A stretch of 64,000 nt of DNA from positions 5,132,250 to 5,196,249 of the forward strand of contig JAHRHZ010000073.1 of the NCBI GenBank assembly GCA_024137785.1, read 5' to 3'. How positions within the stretch are numbered: the stretch's first letter is position 1; every line of letters begins with the position of its first letter. This document shows, piece by piece, positions 52,063 to 64,000 of this stretch. Origin of the DNA: Ginglymostoma cirratum (taxonomy: Eukaryota). The translations under genes were made by a program, and so were the position numbers. The notes under the pieces were generated by a model that saw only the letters and a program-made list of their open reading frames with translations, had not been told where the DNA came from and ran no database searches.

Positions 52063-53779
52063 GTAAATTTAAAGATTTCACTTTTTTCAGCACTTAATAC
52101 CAAAATATATGAAATTCTAGAAAGCTTAACGTAAAGCTTAAATGGTTCTCTTTGAAAATGGTTATCTCCCACAACCCACAATGAGATTTACTTTATTGTG
52201 ATTTACTTGAAATTACAATGTTGTTCCTCTGTCAAATGTGGAAAGAAAGAAATTTAGTCTGTGCGCACACTAGTGTATGTGTGTGTTAATGTTTTGGAGG
52301 TGGGGAGAGATGGGGATCATTTATTTTTCCTGCAGGTTGTCTCAGGCACATCCTATGACAGATAATGACATCAAGAACTGAAACAATGCAGAGTAGCAGT
52401 TGGAGCCTATGCTGCCAGCTTTGTCATACTGACTGATAGCACATGAAAGCAGTCCCACACATTGCCTAAGTCTCGATCATAACATACTTTAAGTCCATGC
52501 CACATTGAACTTAATGTCTGTAAGTACTTTGTCTTCTTAAAAAACTTTAAAAAAACCTACCATATTATGAAGCAGATGTATTGAAATATAAACAGATGCA
52601 TGAAAAGTCATTATGAGGTGCTTGGATATGTTATATAAAAAGATTGATTACATCTTTAAAAATTAAGCATTTAATTAATTTGGCAAATTTTCAGATTACA
52701 TTTCTATCCATTTAAAAATATACAAAGAACCTGATCAATTCCTGTCAAGGTGGTTAAAGAAAATTTTAAAAAAAACAGTAAAAATGCCATTCTGGACCAC
52801 AGATTAATCTTTCAATAGAGAGACAAGACTGGCAGTGGTTTAACCTGAGGGTTACCACACCTTAGGCGAGGGAGAAGGTTGAGAAACAGGGATCTTCATG
52901 GTAACCTCAGCTGGTGTGGGAATTGAACCTCATCATAAACCAGCCACCTGAGCTAACCAAGACCTTAAAGAAAATATCAAAAGCTTTCCCTTGTAAAACT
53001 TTTAAAGAAAGTACCAAAAGCTGTACGAAAAAGAGTGGTTGAGAAAACCTAAAGACTCAGCTTTTGTAGCACACAAAATGTTAATAGCGGAGTTGGAAAA
53101 CTTCTATAAAATGTGCAAAACTTAAATCCTTTACATCACGTAGACATTCCAAGAGCACTAATTATGTACATTTACCATCAAAATAGCTATACCACTAGTA
53201 CAGGTTAATTAAGAGCTTAGTTTGCAATTATCACGTTTATCAATACCGCAACAATGGTTATTACTTTTAGTGCAAACAATAATCTAGAGCCTGAAACGAG
53301 GCAGGTTTCTTCTGCAAAAGTAGTCAGCATAATCCTGCAGCTGTTGTTTACTTGGCAACATGTAGAGGGCAGAACTATCACACAGGAAGTACTAATAAAG
53401 ATATTCACTTAAAGGACTCCTTTACAAACTTTTCAAGGAAAGTAAATTTCTGGTGATGATCACTTTTAACCTTTTGAGAAATCTCCGTCAAATCCTTTAA
53501 AGGAAGTCACCTGTTTTCATTTACGCTCTGAAAAAGTTGTGAAGAATCAAAATGACAGCAAAGAATTATGGACATTTAGTGAAGTTTACCTTTGTGGAGT
53601 AAGTGCAATGTGCTTAGCTTCCAATGCATTTATCCTCAATGGCCAATAAACACATCTAAATAACTTCAAATGCAGCTATATTTTATGTGAAATGATTTGA
53701 ACCATATTTAATATGCCACAGTAATACAAGTTATTTGACTACAAATTGGTACTGCCATATATCACCAAACAGCCATGAT

Positions 53780-54170
53780 TCAGTGATAACAATCTAGCTT
53801 CTAAGTCAGAAGCCTCACTCTAGAGTTTGCGACCATTATTTCGACATGTGCTTTATTGCAGTGCTGAGCAACTGGTGAGTGGTTAAGAGTGCTTACCTTT
53901 AGATAAGGGATTTACCTGTCTACCCTCTAAAATTAGTAGGAAATTTGTTTGCAGTATTTGAAGAGCATTAAGATCTCTTGTGCTTTAACCAATATTTATC
54001 ACTCAACCAGCATCGCTAAAACAAGTTATCTGATCATTTTTCTCACTGCTACTTATGGTAGTTTGCTGTGAGAAAATTGGTCACAGTATATTCTTACAAG
54101 TGAGTATGAATGTGAACCATTTTAGGCTACTCTGGCATCATTGAAGGCATTTTGCGAATACAAGTTTATT
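53780..54170 (+). mobile_element. Deu-domain SINE (SacSINE1/AmnSINE1-like)
   Basis: ccaatatttatcactcaaccagcatc..aaaacaagttatctgatcatt is the Deu-domain motif. Confidence 0.6.
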
Positions 54171-54251
54171 ATTCTCTCTTTCTAATGGGTTTGCATGCCA
54201 ATGACCTCCCTATTTATTCTATTTTAAAGAACGTTTGAATCAATGTACAAT

Positions 54252-54390
54252 TGTTCTGAGGAAGGGTCACTTAGCCCAAAACGTTAACCCTGATTTCTCG
54301 CCACAGATGCTGCCAGCTCTTTTCAGCTTTTCCAGCAATTTATGATTTTGTTTTGCATTTACAGCATCTGCAGTTCTTGTGTTCTTTTTA
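54252..54390 (+). mobile_element. Single-arm Penelope-derived mini-element
   Basis: ttctgaggaagggtcacttagcccaaaacgttaac..cagatgctgccag..cagcatctgcagttct, same family as 1577, 19741 and 40616. Confidence 0.75.
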
Positions 54391-55739
54391 ACCATAGTTT
54401 TTATTCTGTTACTCAAAGAATTGATTTTAATGTTAATAATGTCAGAGTGCAACTAGGATAAAATTGAATTTCTAGAATTTAAAGCTAAATGTTGAGACAT
54501 AAATGGAATTAACCCATGCGCAAATAAATAGATTGTTGACTTTAGTTAGTCAAGATTAAAATATTTTAATACAAACAACTGCAGTTAGATGTTGCCTATA
54601 CATATTTAAGCGGCTCTGCTAAATGCACTATTCTACAGGCAAAGGAATAATACAAATGTTTTGAGTCAAGTAACCTCCTGCTTCTTCTACGTTCCCTGGT
54701 AAGTATTATCATAACAAATGAACTGCTGAAATGTGCTCTGAGAATAAAACTCAACATCACTTAAATGGGAGACTCCTTATTTTTAAGCTGCATCCCCAGT
54801 TGTCACCTACACTATGAGGGAAATATCCTCTTGTCACCCACCCTATCAAATGCCCTAAGGATATTTTATATTTCAAGTTTCACTGTCTTTTGTATGTACC
54901 TGTTCTTCTCAAAATATATTACTCTATACTTCTTCAACAGTTATCTATCTAATTTACTATAACCTACGTCTTCAAGTTAAGTCCGCACAGTTAATTACAG
55001 ACAGTAGGTAGAATTTAATACCAGTGACAGGAGTCCTGCCTGCCAGCTGAAGAATTTGCAGAATCCCTACATTTCCTGGACTGGGGAATCCCGACCAGAA
55101 TTAAGCGCCCATCAGTTACTTGACTGGACGTCAGGGCTTTCCCAGGAATTAGACTAATCAGTGACGAAGGGTGCTCCATTGTATGTGAGTACGAGTGAAA
55201 GTGACAGCTGCTGCCAGTAATGCTCCCAACCAGAAGCACATCACAGATACGATACCAGCGGTGGTGGGTTAAAGCCATTATGTGGGCAGTAATTACTCAA
55301 TTACATCATCCATAAGCTTTCCCACTCTAATTTAATTGAACAGAGTTGTCTAGCCACACCCTCACACCTGATTATAACCCTTCCCCCTTCGAACTTTCCA
55401 CCAGAAAAGGCATGAAATTCTGCCCATTATTTCCATGTTGACTACAGCAATACAGATGTTCACTGTCGGCAAATCCAGATCTTGATATAACAAGCTATAT
55501 CTTATATAGCTTGTAAAGCATCACCCTTTACTGCAACATTCGTTCTCTAATACATGGATTTCACTGATACTGAATTTCCTATGCCCTAGTTCAGTAAGCC
55601 TTCAACTCGCGTTGACAAGCAACTTGCCAACTGTATTCTGATAAAGACCAAAATTGAAAATGGTTGAGGACTTGAGCTAAGTGCCAGGGATCTACCACTC
55701 GCTTCACCAAAAATTTAGACTTATTCCTTGAACAGAAAT

Positions 55740-56760
55740 ATGTAAATTAGAAGCAGGTGAGGGTCACTTAGATCCTCAAGCCTGTTCCATAATGGCTGAC
55801 CTGATTACTCCATATTCCCACCTACCCCCAATATATCAAGACTCTACCTTAAAAATATTCAAAGATTTTGCTTCTACAGCCTTTTCAGGAAGAGTGTTCC
55901 AAAGAATTACAGCCCTCTGAGTGAAAACATTTCTCCACATTCTGTCTTAAATGGACAACAGGAAACATCCTCTCCACATCCATCCTATCAGGACCCCTCA
56001 GGAAATTGGGCATTTCAATTGAGTTGCTTCTTAATCTTCTAAACTTCAGCAAATGCAAACTTAGCCTGTTCAACCTTTTCTCAGAAGACAACTTGTCCAT
56101 CCAAGACATGAAGTCTTGGGAACCTTCCCTGAACTGCTTCCAATGAATTTATATATTTCCCGAGATAAGAAAATCAATAGTACTCCAGATATAGTCACAA
56201 CAATGCCCTGTAAAACTCACGTACAACCAGCTTACTTTTGCTGTCAATTCCCCTTGCAGTAAAATTAGTTGCTGTACGTACATGCTAAACATTTGCGATT
56301 CATAAATGATGACTCCCAAGTCACTGCGAAGCTCTGAGTTGCAAGTTATCATTTAGTTAATGTTTCTTTTCTTTTTAAATTCTTCCTGCCAAAACAGATA
56401 TTTGCATATTTCCAATGTCATGCACCATTTGTCAAATCTTTGGCCACTCACTTAACCTATCTTAATCCTTTCCTAGCGTCCTATATCCTTTTCAAAACTT
56501 ACTGTCTTGTCTCTTTTGCTATCAATGCTTTCAGTCCCTGTATTGGATCCAAGTCATTAATATAAATTGGAAAAGCTGAGGTACCAGGCATTTACTCTTA
56601 TGGCACACAACTCACTACATCTTGTTAAACTCAAAATGATCCATTGATGTCCACTCTTTTTCCTGTTAGCAAACCAATCATCTATTCATGACAATATCTT
56701 TCCATAAATAAATAAGCTGTCATTTTCTGCAGTTAACTTGTGATACTTTATCAAATGTCT
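55740..56760 (-). mobile_element. Old CR1 LINE 3' fragment
   Basis: Minus ORF 55885-56109 RLNRLSL..FRRLRSNSIE..DRMDVERMFP. Confidence 0.75.
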
Positions 56761-57609
56761 TCTAAAAAGTATCAAATATTTTCTAAGATGCTTTAAGTGC
56801 AAAGGTGAACTTTACTGAAGTTGTAGTAAATTTTGAATAATAAATAAGTTATTAAAACACATGAAGATTATCAAATAGTGTTAAAAAAAGCATAACAGCT
56901 ACCTATATCTTTTAGCAGCTAATGGTCATTCAAATTAAAAATGTAAACACGTCTTTCATTTCCCAGGATAATTTGATTTGATTTGTTTTTGTCACACATA
57001 CCGAGATTCAGTGAAAAGTACCGTATTGAGTGCTAACCAGACAAACCATACCTTACATTAGTACATCAGGGCAACAGAACCGAATGCAGAATATAGCTTT
57101 ACAGCTACAGAAAAAGTGCAGGGCAATTTAGCTGAAAATAGGGTGTGACTAAAATATCAGATGGAGAGTCAATTTTCTTGTTCAGCATGGACAAATTGGA
57201 CTCAAGGGACTGCTTCTACGCTGTACAACTCACTTTAAACTTTGACAATACTGACAGCGAAGTGACAGTCAAAACTTTGAAATAACTTTCACACAACTGT
57301 GTTGAAAACATAGTTGCAGAACTTGATAACCAATTGCTGCACTTGCAGCCTGCCAAGTTCTTCCATTTGTAACATATTTTGGATTAATTCCTTTTATACT
57401 TAAATGGGAAGTTTTTATTGAACATAAGCCAACATGTCTGAAAACTCTAAAGGGGCTGTAAATGTTCTATCTACCTTTAAGCTATCCAACAAAGCAGAAC
57501 TCTCAGATTTATTTTTCCTTTGCGTTTCTGTCAAGGATAACGCACAGGAGATGTCTACTTCACCGCACACCACAAAATCTAGGTCATTAACTTGGTTTAC
57601 AATTAAGCA

Positions 57610-57900
57610 CTGAGAGTACTCCGAATTGTCAGAGTTACTGGGTTTCAGGCCAGGTCTGCTCTCTCAGGTGGGTGTTAATAATATTTAGTGGGAACTATTT
57701 GAATGATAGCTTTGAATTCTTTTTGCTGTCCTGGCCAATATTTATTCCTCAACCAACGTAGCTCCATCAAAAACAGTTTAATTGGTCATTTACTCTTGTG
57801 CAAAGTGATCACCATATTTCCTAACATAATACCAGCAATTGTACTTCAAAATTAACCAATGGTTTTGAAGCATTTCAGACACTAAGAGATTTAGAAAGAT
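57610..57900 (+). mobile_element. Deu-domain SINE
   Basis: gtctgctctctcaggtgg..tgtcctggccaatatttattcctcaaccaac is the Deu core. Confidence 0.65.
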
Positions 57901-59168
57901 CTAAGTTCTTTTTATCATGCATTTATGGCTAATAATATGTAGCATTTGCCATTAGGTGATTGACTTGGGGAGGTGAACACAAGTTAGAAGATTATTCAAA
58001 ATTACCATCTGGTAAGAATGCCAATGTAACAGTTGATGACTATGCTTCCAGAATAGAACTTCGATACAACTGATACACAAATGAATGAAGTCAGACGTAC
58101 AGGTCAACATGGGCTACCAATAATCACTCCTGCATAAAGCTCTGTGCCCATGTGAAGAATTACAATATTCATGTTACATTCTAATCTTATACCCTCAGGT
58201 TATGCTATCCCTAATAGCAGGTTTTTTTTTCCAGTTTTTCCAGGGCTGAGCAATTGGAAATAGGAAACCTGCGCCACTTTTCTCTAACTTAGGAACAGTT
58301 ATCTTGCAGTGCATTCAACATTACACAGCCCATTGTTAGCTAATTCAGCATAAATAGTAAATCAAGCATGAGATCTTTGCTATGTGTATGACCAGATTCG
58401 GTGCTGAATTAGACAGACTGTTTTTGTCAATGGTGAATGTTAAGTGCTTTGCGAGGCTAGAAGACTAATGCAGTTAAGGCCACAGTCAGATCAGCCATAA
58501 TCTTCACAAATTGCAGAGTAGGCTCGATGAACCTAGTGGCCTGCACCTGTTCCGAGTCATACATCACACAATCTTAATTCATTGTATACAATTACTGAAT
58601 TATCACAAAAGTCTTGTTAGCTTTTTTTCAGGTTTTACTTTCTTACCTGAACATAGTTTATGCAACACGTATTTCACAAACTAAATCAGTTGAGCTTGCA
58701 CTTATTATTTTGCTGGATATATTTTGCCCGGGCAACTGGCGATTCAATTTTGCATAGAACTTGGGTACACACCTAAGTGGTCACTTTGCCATAATACCGA
58801 GGGGCTGCCACACCAGCTTTCATAAGACATCAAACTAATCTCCTGTATACCTGTCAGGCAGGTATGACCGATCGCATAGCATTTTGCAAAGTGAAGCAAG
58901 GAGTTTTTCTAAAGTCATGGCTAACATTAATAATCAAGCAAGAACAGATTCACTGATCAGCACTGCACTCATTAGCTGCTACATTTCCCTACAATACAAT
59001 AAAAATTAAAGATTTTTCTCCTTTAAAGGTAATTCACGTCACTGTGAAACACTTTGTGATATCCTAGGATACCATACATGTGCAGGGTCCTTCTTTAAAA
59101 ACAAGTGAAGCTTTTCAAAATGCTGCATTTATTCATCACTTACTTTTATTGTCTTTCTTAAACAACAG

Positions 59169-59240
59169 ATTACAATGTAAAAGCATATGAATCTCAGAAC
59201 TCTGAAGATGAGGGATATGAAGACAATGATGAAAGCAGAG
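59169..59240 (+). CDS. col10a1: col10a1-B extra NC2 exon (72 nt, phase 1-1): (D)YNVKAYESQNSEDEGYEDNDESR
   Basis: Polypyrimidine tract + aacag| acceptor, strong GAG|GTGAGC donor, open in phase 1, purine/GAA-rich; its N-half resembles the extra exon of A. Confidence 0.82.
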
Positions 59241-59526
59241 GTGAGCAACATGCAGACTTTGCACATATTAACAGGTTGGACATCTGAAACCTCCTCAGCA
59301 ACAAAACAAATGTGAAAGTTAAATTCAAAGTTGTCAATGATTTGGTATCATTGAACTGGGGTTGATTTTCAAGCTACCACATGCATAAAATTACAGTTGC
59401 CTAATTTTCGTTACGATTTCTAAAGTAACATTACTTAAAAATGATCAGCGAATACTACGAGATTTTTAAAAAGAAACTCAATTCAAAATGGCAGAATCTA
59501 AACTATGCTTCATTTTTAAACTGTAG

Positions 59527-61367
59527 ATGTAGGAGGAGAACGCGGCCCACCAGGTCCTCCTGGGCCACGGGGCCCACCAGGACCTCCTGGGAAAACAGGC
59601 ATTGGAATGCCAGGCGCCCCTGGCAAGCCTGGAATGCCAGGAGCACCAGGAATACCAGGAATGGGAAAACCAGGAATGCCAGGAGCACCAGGAAAGTCAG
59701 GTGAAAGAGGAGCTCCAGGACCAAAAGGCGATAGAGGATCACAAGGGATGCCTGGACCTAAAGGCAATCCGGGAGCACCAGGATATCCTGGGCCAGCAGG
59801 ACTGGCTACTGTTGGCAAACCAGGTCCACAAGGGCCACCAGGTGCTACAGGAGCACCAGGTCAACCTGGAGAAAAAGGAATACCAGGGCATATGGGTCTT
59901 CCTGGACCAAAAGGGGAAAAGGGAATAGGACTTCCAGGGCGTCCTGGTGGCAGAGGGGCAACAGGACCACAAGGGCCTGCAGGACCGCCTGGACCAGCAG
60001 GATTAGGAAGTGCTGGAGCCCCTGGCCGTCCGGGTCCACCTGGTGAGAAAGGTGCAATGGGCGCTCCAGGTGAACCAGGATATTCAGGTGCTCCAGGCCA
60101 AAAAGGACCGCCAGGAAGTCCCGGTCTTCCAGGACGTGGAAAACCAGGAGCACAAGGTGAACCAGGGTCACCTGGGGCTCCCGGAAGCAAGGGTAATCCT
60201 GGTCCACAGGGTTTACCAGGTGCACCTGGACTGCCAGGTTTTGGAAAACCAGGTGTACCCGGACTCAAAGGAGAACCTGGTCCTGTGGGCCCTGTTGGTT
60301 ACCCAGGAGAGAAAGGAGAGGCAGGAGCAACTGGGGCACCTGGAGAACGTGGGCCTGTCGGGCCAATAGGTTCACCTGGACAACAGGGTGCCAGGGGCTC
60401 ACCAGGTGCTAATGGTGCACCAGGAGAGAAAGGGCAGCCAGGTCCAGCTGGCGCTCGTGGATACCCAGGGCCAAAGGGCGAAGCAGGCCCTGGCGGTGCC
60501 CCAGGTAAATCAGGAGCTCCAGGAATACCAGGTAGACCAGGTCAAGCAGGACCACAAGGACCAATTGGTGCAAAAGGTAGTATGGGAGCTCCTGGCTCAC
60601 CAGGTAAAGAAGGAAGTCCTGGTCCCCCAGGTCGTCATGGACCACCGGGCTATCCTGGTGAAGCCGGATCAAGAGGAAGTGCAGGACCACCTGGTCCAAG
60701 AGGTCCACCTGGCCCTCAAGGTTCTCAAGGGTTTTCAGGGGAAAAGGGAGATCCAGGCCCTCCTGGTCCACCAGGTCCTCCTGGAAATTATTACGGGAAA
60801 ATGGCAAGTGGGTCACCGGGTGCACCAGGGCTGAAAGGGCCACCTGGACCTCCAGGCCAACCAGGCCTTCCTGGACCACCAGGCCCACCAGCAGAAGTGA
60901 TCATGTCCCCAGGCAAATATGATTATAGCGGCTACATCAAGTCAGGAGAACCTTCAGCTGGGTTACTCAGTCCATATCCAGCTTTTACAGCCATTCTGTC
61001 CCATTCGTATTACCCAGCTGGACAATCAATAGCATTTGATAAAATACTGACCAATTCAAATAATAACTACGATCCATCAACCGGTATTTTCACATGCGAA
61101 ATATCCGGCATCTATCAATTTAATTATCAAATACAAGTTAAGGGAGCAAATGTTTGGGTTGGATTATACAAAAATGACGAGGCAGTGATGTACTCATACG
61201 ATGATTATACAGAAGGTTATGTTGATCAGATCTCAGGTAGTGTCACATTATACCTACATGAGAATGACCAGATCTATGTACAGTTACCCACAGAAGAATC
61301 TAATGGCTTGTATTCTTCTGACCTCATGTATTCATCATTCTCAGGGTTTCTAATTGTCCATTCATGA
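59527..61367 (+). CDS. col10a1: col10a1-B last coding exon: ~452-aa Gly-X-Y domain with 8 imperfection sites + C1q/NC1
   Basis: Acceptor ctgtag|AT (G|AT = Asp; an in-frame alternative AG lies 6 nt downstream). Reads [10 protein letters not shown].. into ORF 59607-61367. NC1 [31 protein letters not shown]. Full protein about 674 aa. Confidence 0.95.
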
Positions 61368-61813
61368 TATGCACCAGCTTGAAACATGGACTTGACTAGA
61401 TGATCCATGTTCTATTCCAAGTGACGTTAACAAAATTTAGTTAATGGCGCAAATTAAAAGAAAGGACAACAGGTGAATAGAAGGGTAGCTATTGTTACAT
61501 TAAGAAACATACAGTTCTGCCCAGTCAACTGCTGTATTGTCATCATCTGCAAAATGTCATTTACTTGAAACAAGGTGCTTTAGGTTTATGACATGTACCC
61601 AGGCAACAGAGATGAAATTAGTCTTCTCATGAAATGTTTCAAAAAGTTACCTTATTATTCTATTTTTAAAGAAACTCTGTTGTCATAATATCAACTCAAA
61701 ATTTCGCTGTCCTTCTATGTGCAGAAAATATTGGTGCAAAAATATATTTGTACTTGACATTTACAGTTTCACAGGTGCTCAGCATTAGCAACTAATCATC
61801 TTATTCTGATTTA

Positions 61814-62177
61814 ATTAAAGTCAGTCTGGAATTCCAATCATGTCCAATTACAAGTTTCTTTAAATTCAACTCCAATGTTTAATAACATCCCTTTGTGTCA
61901 AGATCAGTTTAATCCCATTGTTCTTTGTGTTTTAATAGTAAATTACAATACTTACTTTGCTTTTCCATTTGTAAAAAGCACCTTATTAATGCTAAATCAA
62001 TCTAAGTGACATTGATAATGTATGTATTCTCCAAAAAATGTGTCTAAAGTACAGTCACATAAATTATATTATCACAAATCACAAAATACTTCAATACGAA
62101 ATTGATCTTTGACGTGGTGGGTTTTTCAAGTAATGCAGTATCACAAGTGCATTTTTGTTCCTGTGCAGTTAAATAAA
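61814..62177 (+). terminator. Candidate polyadenylation signals of col10a1-B
   Basis: ATTAAA 61814-61819 and AATAAA 62172-62177. Confidence 0.4.
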
Positions 62178-62362
62178 TGGTGATTGTTACAAATTTCAAG
62201 TCTACACTGAGTATTCTTACCAGTCGAGCATCCGTGGTTAAATTCATAAGGTGACCTCATGTCCACTTTGATCAGGAAGATAGCTCTATTGCCAAATATG
62301 TTCTTCACAGCTGACATGACCTAGTTGGGGACGGCGGTATGGGGGGGGGGGGGGGGGGGGGG

Positions 62363-62462
62363 NNNNNNNNNNNNNNNNNNNNNNNNNNNNNNNNNNNNNN
62401 NNNNNNNNNNNNNNNNNNNNNNNNNNNNNNNNNNNNNNNNNNNNNNNNNNNNNNNNNNNNNN
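62363..62462. other. Assembly gap (100 N) after a poly-G run
   Basis: N run preceded by G22 (62341-62362). Confidence 0.99.
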
Positions 62463-62919
62463 GAGGGGGTGATCAGTGCCACTACTTATTGTCTGCAGTG
62501 GGTCCTGAGACCTTGCAATGCTAATTCTGATTGATTAAACGTGAAATACATGAATGAAAAGAATACTGCTTCACATCAAATATTATTTACTATTTAACTC
62601 ATAACATCAAAATTACAAGGCTTTTGTTCTTCAAATAGACCGACATCAATTCATATTTCTTTATTCCAGAAATGACTGCCTATAATTTAATAAGAGTGAT
62701 TCCTCTGTCTCTGCTCCAGCCCCACTAATACTTTGAACCAAAGTAGAAATCAAAAGGTAAATCTGTGACCCGACTACAGCCTTATGTATTGACAAAATGA
62801 GATTTCAGTCAAAACTATAACATCATAACTAACAAATACTCTCTGCCTCCAACTCTGTTGCAAGAACTAATGAAACTGGCATTGTCAATTTAGCTGGAGC
62901 TCTAAATGTGCTCATAGTA

Positions 62920-63990
62920 ACAACAGCTTACATTTAGATAGCACACTTAAAACAAAAAACAATTTTTTCAAGATGCTTCATAGAAAAAAATATTAGGCAC
63001 AGTTGACACCAGTTTGCAAACAATTGGGTATTACTGTGGGTGTGCAAATGCTGACCAAAAAAGTAGATCTTTGGAGAAACTTAACAGAAGAGTTTGAAGC
63101 AGTGAGGTGGAGAGATATGGAAGGGAACTCCAGAGTTTAAAGCCTGGACCAATGAAGATTTAGCTGCAATGATGCAAGAATACAGTGATCCAGAAGCAGC
63201 AGAAATTGAAAGAGTAAAGATCTCATAGAGGGGTTGTAGAGCTGGAGGCTACAGAGATGGGGGTGAGGCAGCAACTGGAAATTTGAAAGTAGGATGAGTA
63301 TTTTAAAATTTATGTTTGGAAGCCAATATAGATTATGAACCACAAGAAACAGAATTCAAGGGATTAGAACAGGAGAAGCAGAGTTTTGGATGAGTTCAAG
63401 TTGCTGGCACACGAAAGGTGCAAGGCAGAACACTGTTGACAGTCTAACGCTAAACAACTCATAGATCAGGGTTTCTGAATCTGAGCTCAGATAGATATTA
63501 AATAAGTTAAAGTAAGTAATAATGGTGTTAGAGAAGATGTGTGGTCAGAAGATCAAAGTCCAGTTTCAATACAGACTGTCACAAGACAGAGCCAGATTGA
63601 GTCAATGGCTGGGGACGGGATTTGTGGCGGGAACAAAAGGTAACAGTGAATCTTTCTGAAATGTGCTATTCTAAATCAGAAGACATGCATTCAAGTTACA
63701 CTTCAGAAACAATGGCAGCAGACATGGCCTCAATTTTACATCTGATTCAAAAGATATACATCTGCAAGTGCATCCATCATGCAACACCGAACTGGAGTTT
63801 TAACCTAGACTTTTGTCTCAAGCTTCTGAAGAAGGACTTAGCTGTATAGCTGGGTAAGGCAAATGAACTTATTATGAACACAGCCCAAGCAAGGTTCACT
63901 AATTAATGTTCCAGATGGGATACACCACACTGTTAAGTTCCTGGGGGAGGATGGATGAACTGACACTGTTCTTCATTCAGCAGGTTTCAA
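62920..63990 (-). mobile_element. Old L2-like LINE remnant (similar remnants ~2500-3080 -, 25020-25310 +, 29400-29900 +)
   Basis: Minus ORF 63137-63343 HNLYWLP..INFKILIL matches the L2 C-terminal LHWLP..I.FKI motif. Confidence 0.5.
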
Positions 63991-64000
63991 CAAGGCTAAT

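Noticed and set aside
54639-54698. 60-nt segment with ctacag| and |gtaagt sites in intron 2 of B
   Set aside because: Two stops (TGA, TAA) in the required phase and no homology; at most a poison exon, which the sequence cannot support.
59607-59609. ATG start of the 586-aa ORF
   Set aside because: Internal Met within the Gly-X-Y repeat; the frame extends back to the acceptor at 59526.
62341-62362. Poly-G as a G-quadruplex element
   Set aside because: It abuts the assembly gap, so its length and context are unreliable.

Overview
This is AT-rich vertebrate genomic DNA, most likely an elasmobranch (shark/ray), judged from the CR1, Penelope and SINE repeat families. It holds two tandem, + strand type X collagen (col10a1) paralogs about 32.6 kb apart. 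Gene A: exons ~18895-18984, 19332-19455, 22392-22451 and 30237-~32740, about 666 aa. Gene B: exons ~51470-51554, 51936-52062, 59169-59240 and 59527-~62190, about 674 aa. Reading splice sites by hand shows that both carry an extra small phase-1/phase-1 NC2 exon (60 and 72 nt) absent from the canonical 3-exon mammalian COL10A1; in B it encodes a strongly acidic, Tyr-containing peptide. The two promoters share a conserved CCAAT / RUNX / GGGAGG / TATA module and a conserved ATG at the end of exon 1 that has opposite outcomes in the two genes. The rest is mostly decayed repeats (CR1, Penelope GIY-YIG, RTE, Harbinger, SINEs), including short TSD-flanked fold-back Penelope derivatives with hammerhead-ribozyme-like cores, a 353-bp direct duplication around the extra exon of A, a composite inverted repeat and a 100-N gap. 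All exon models are manual inferences without transcript data, and repeat boundaries are approximate.
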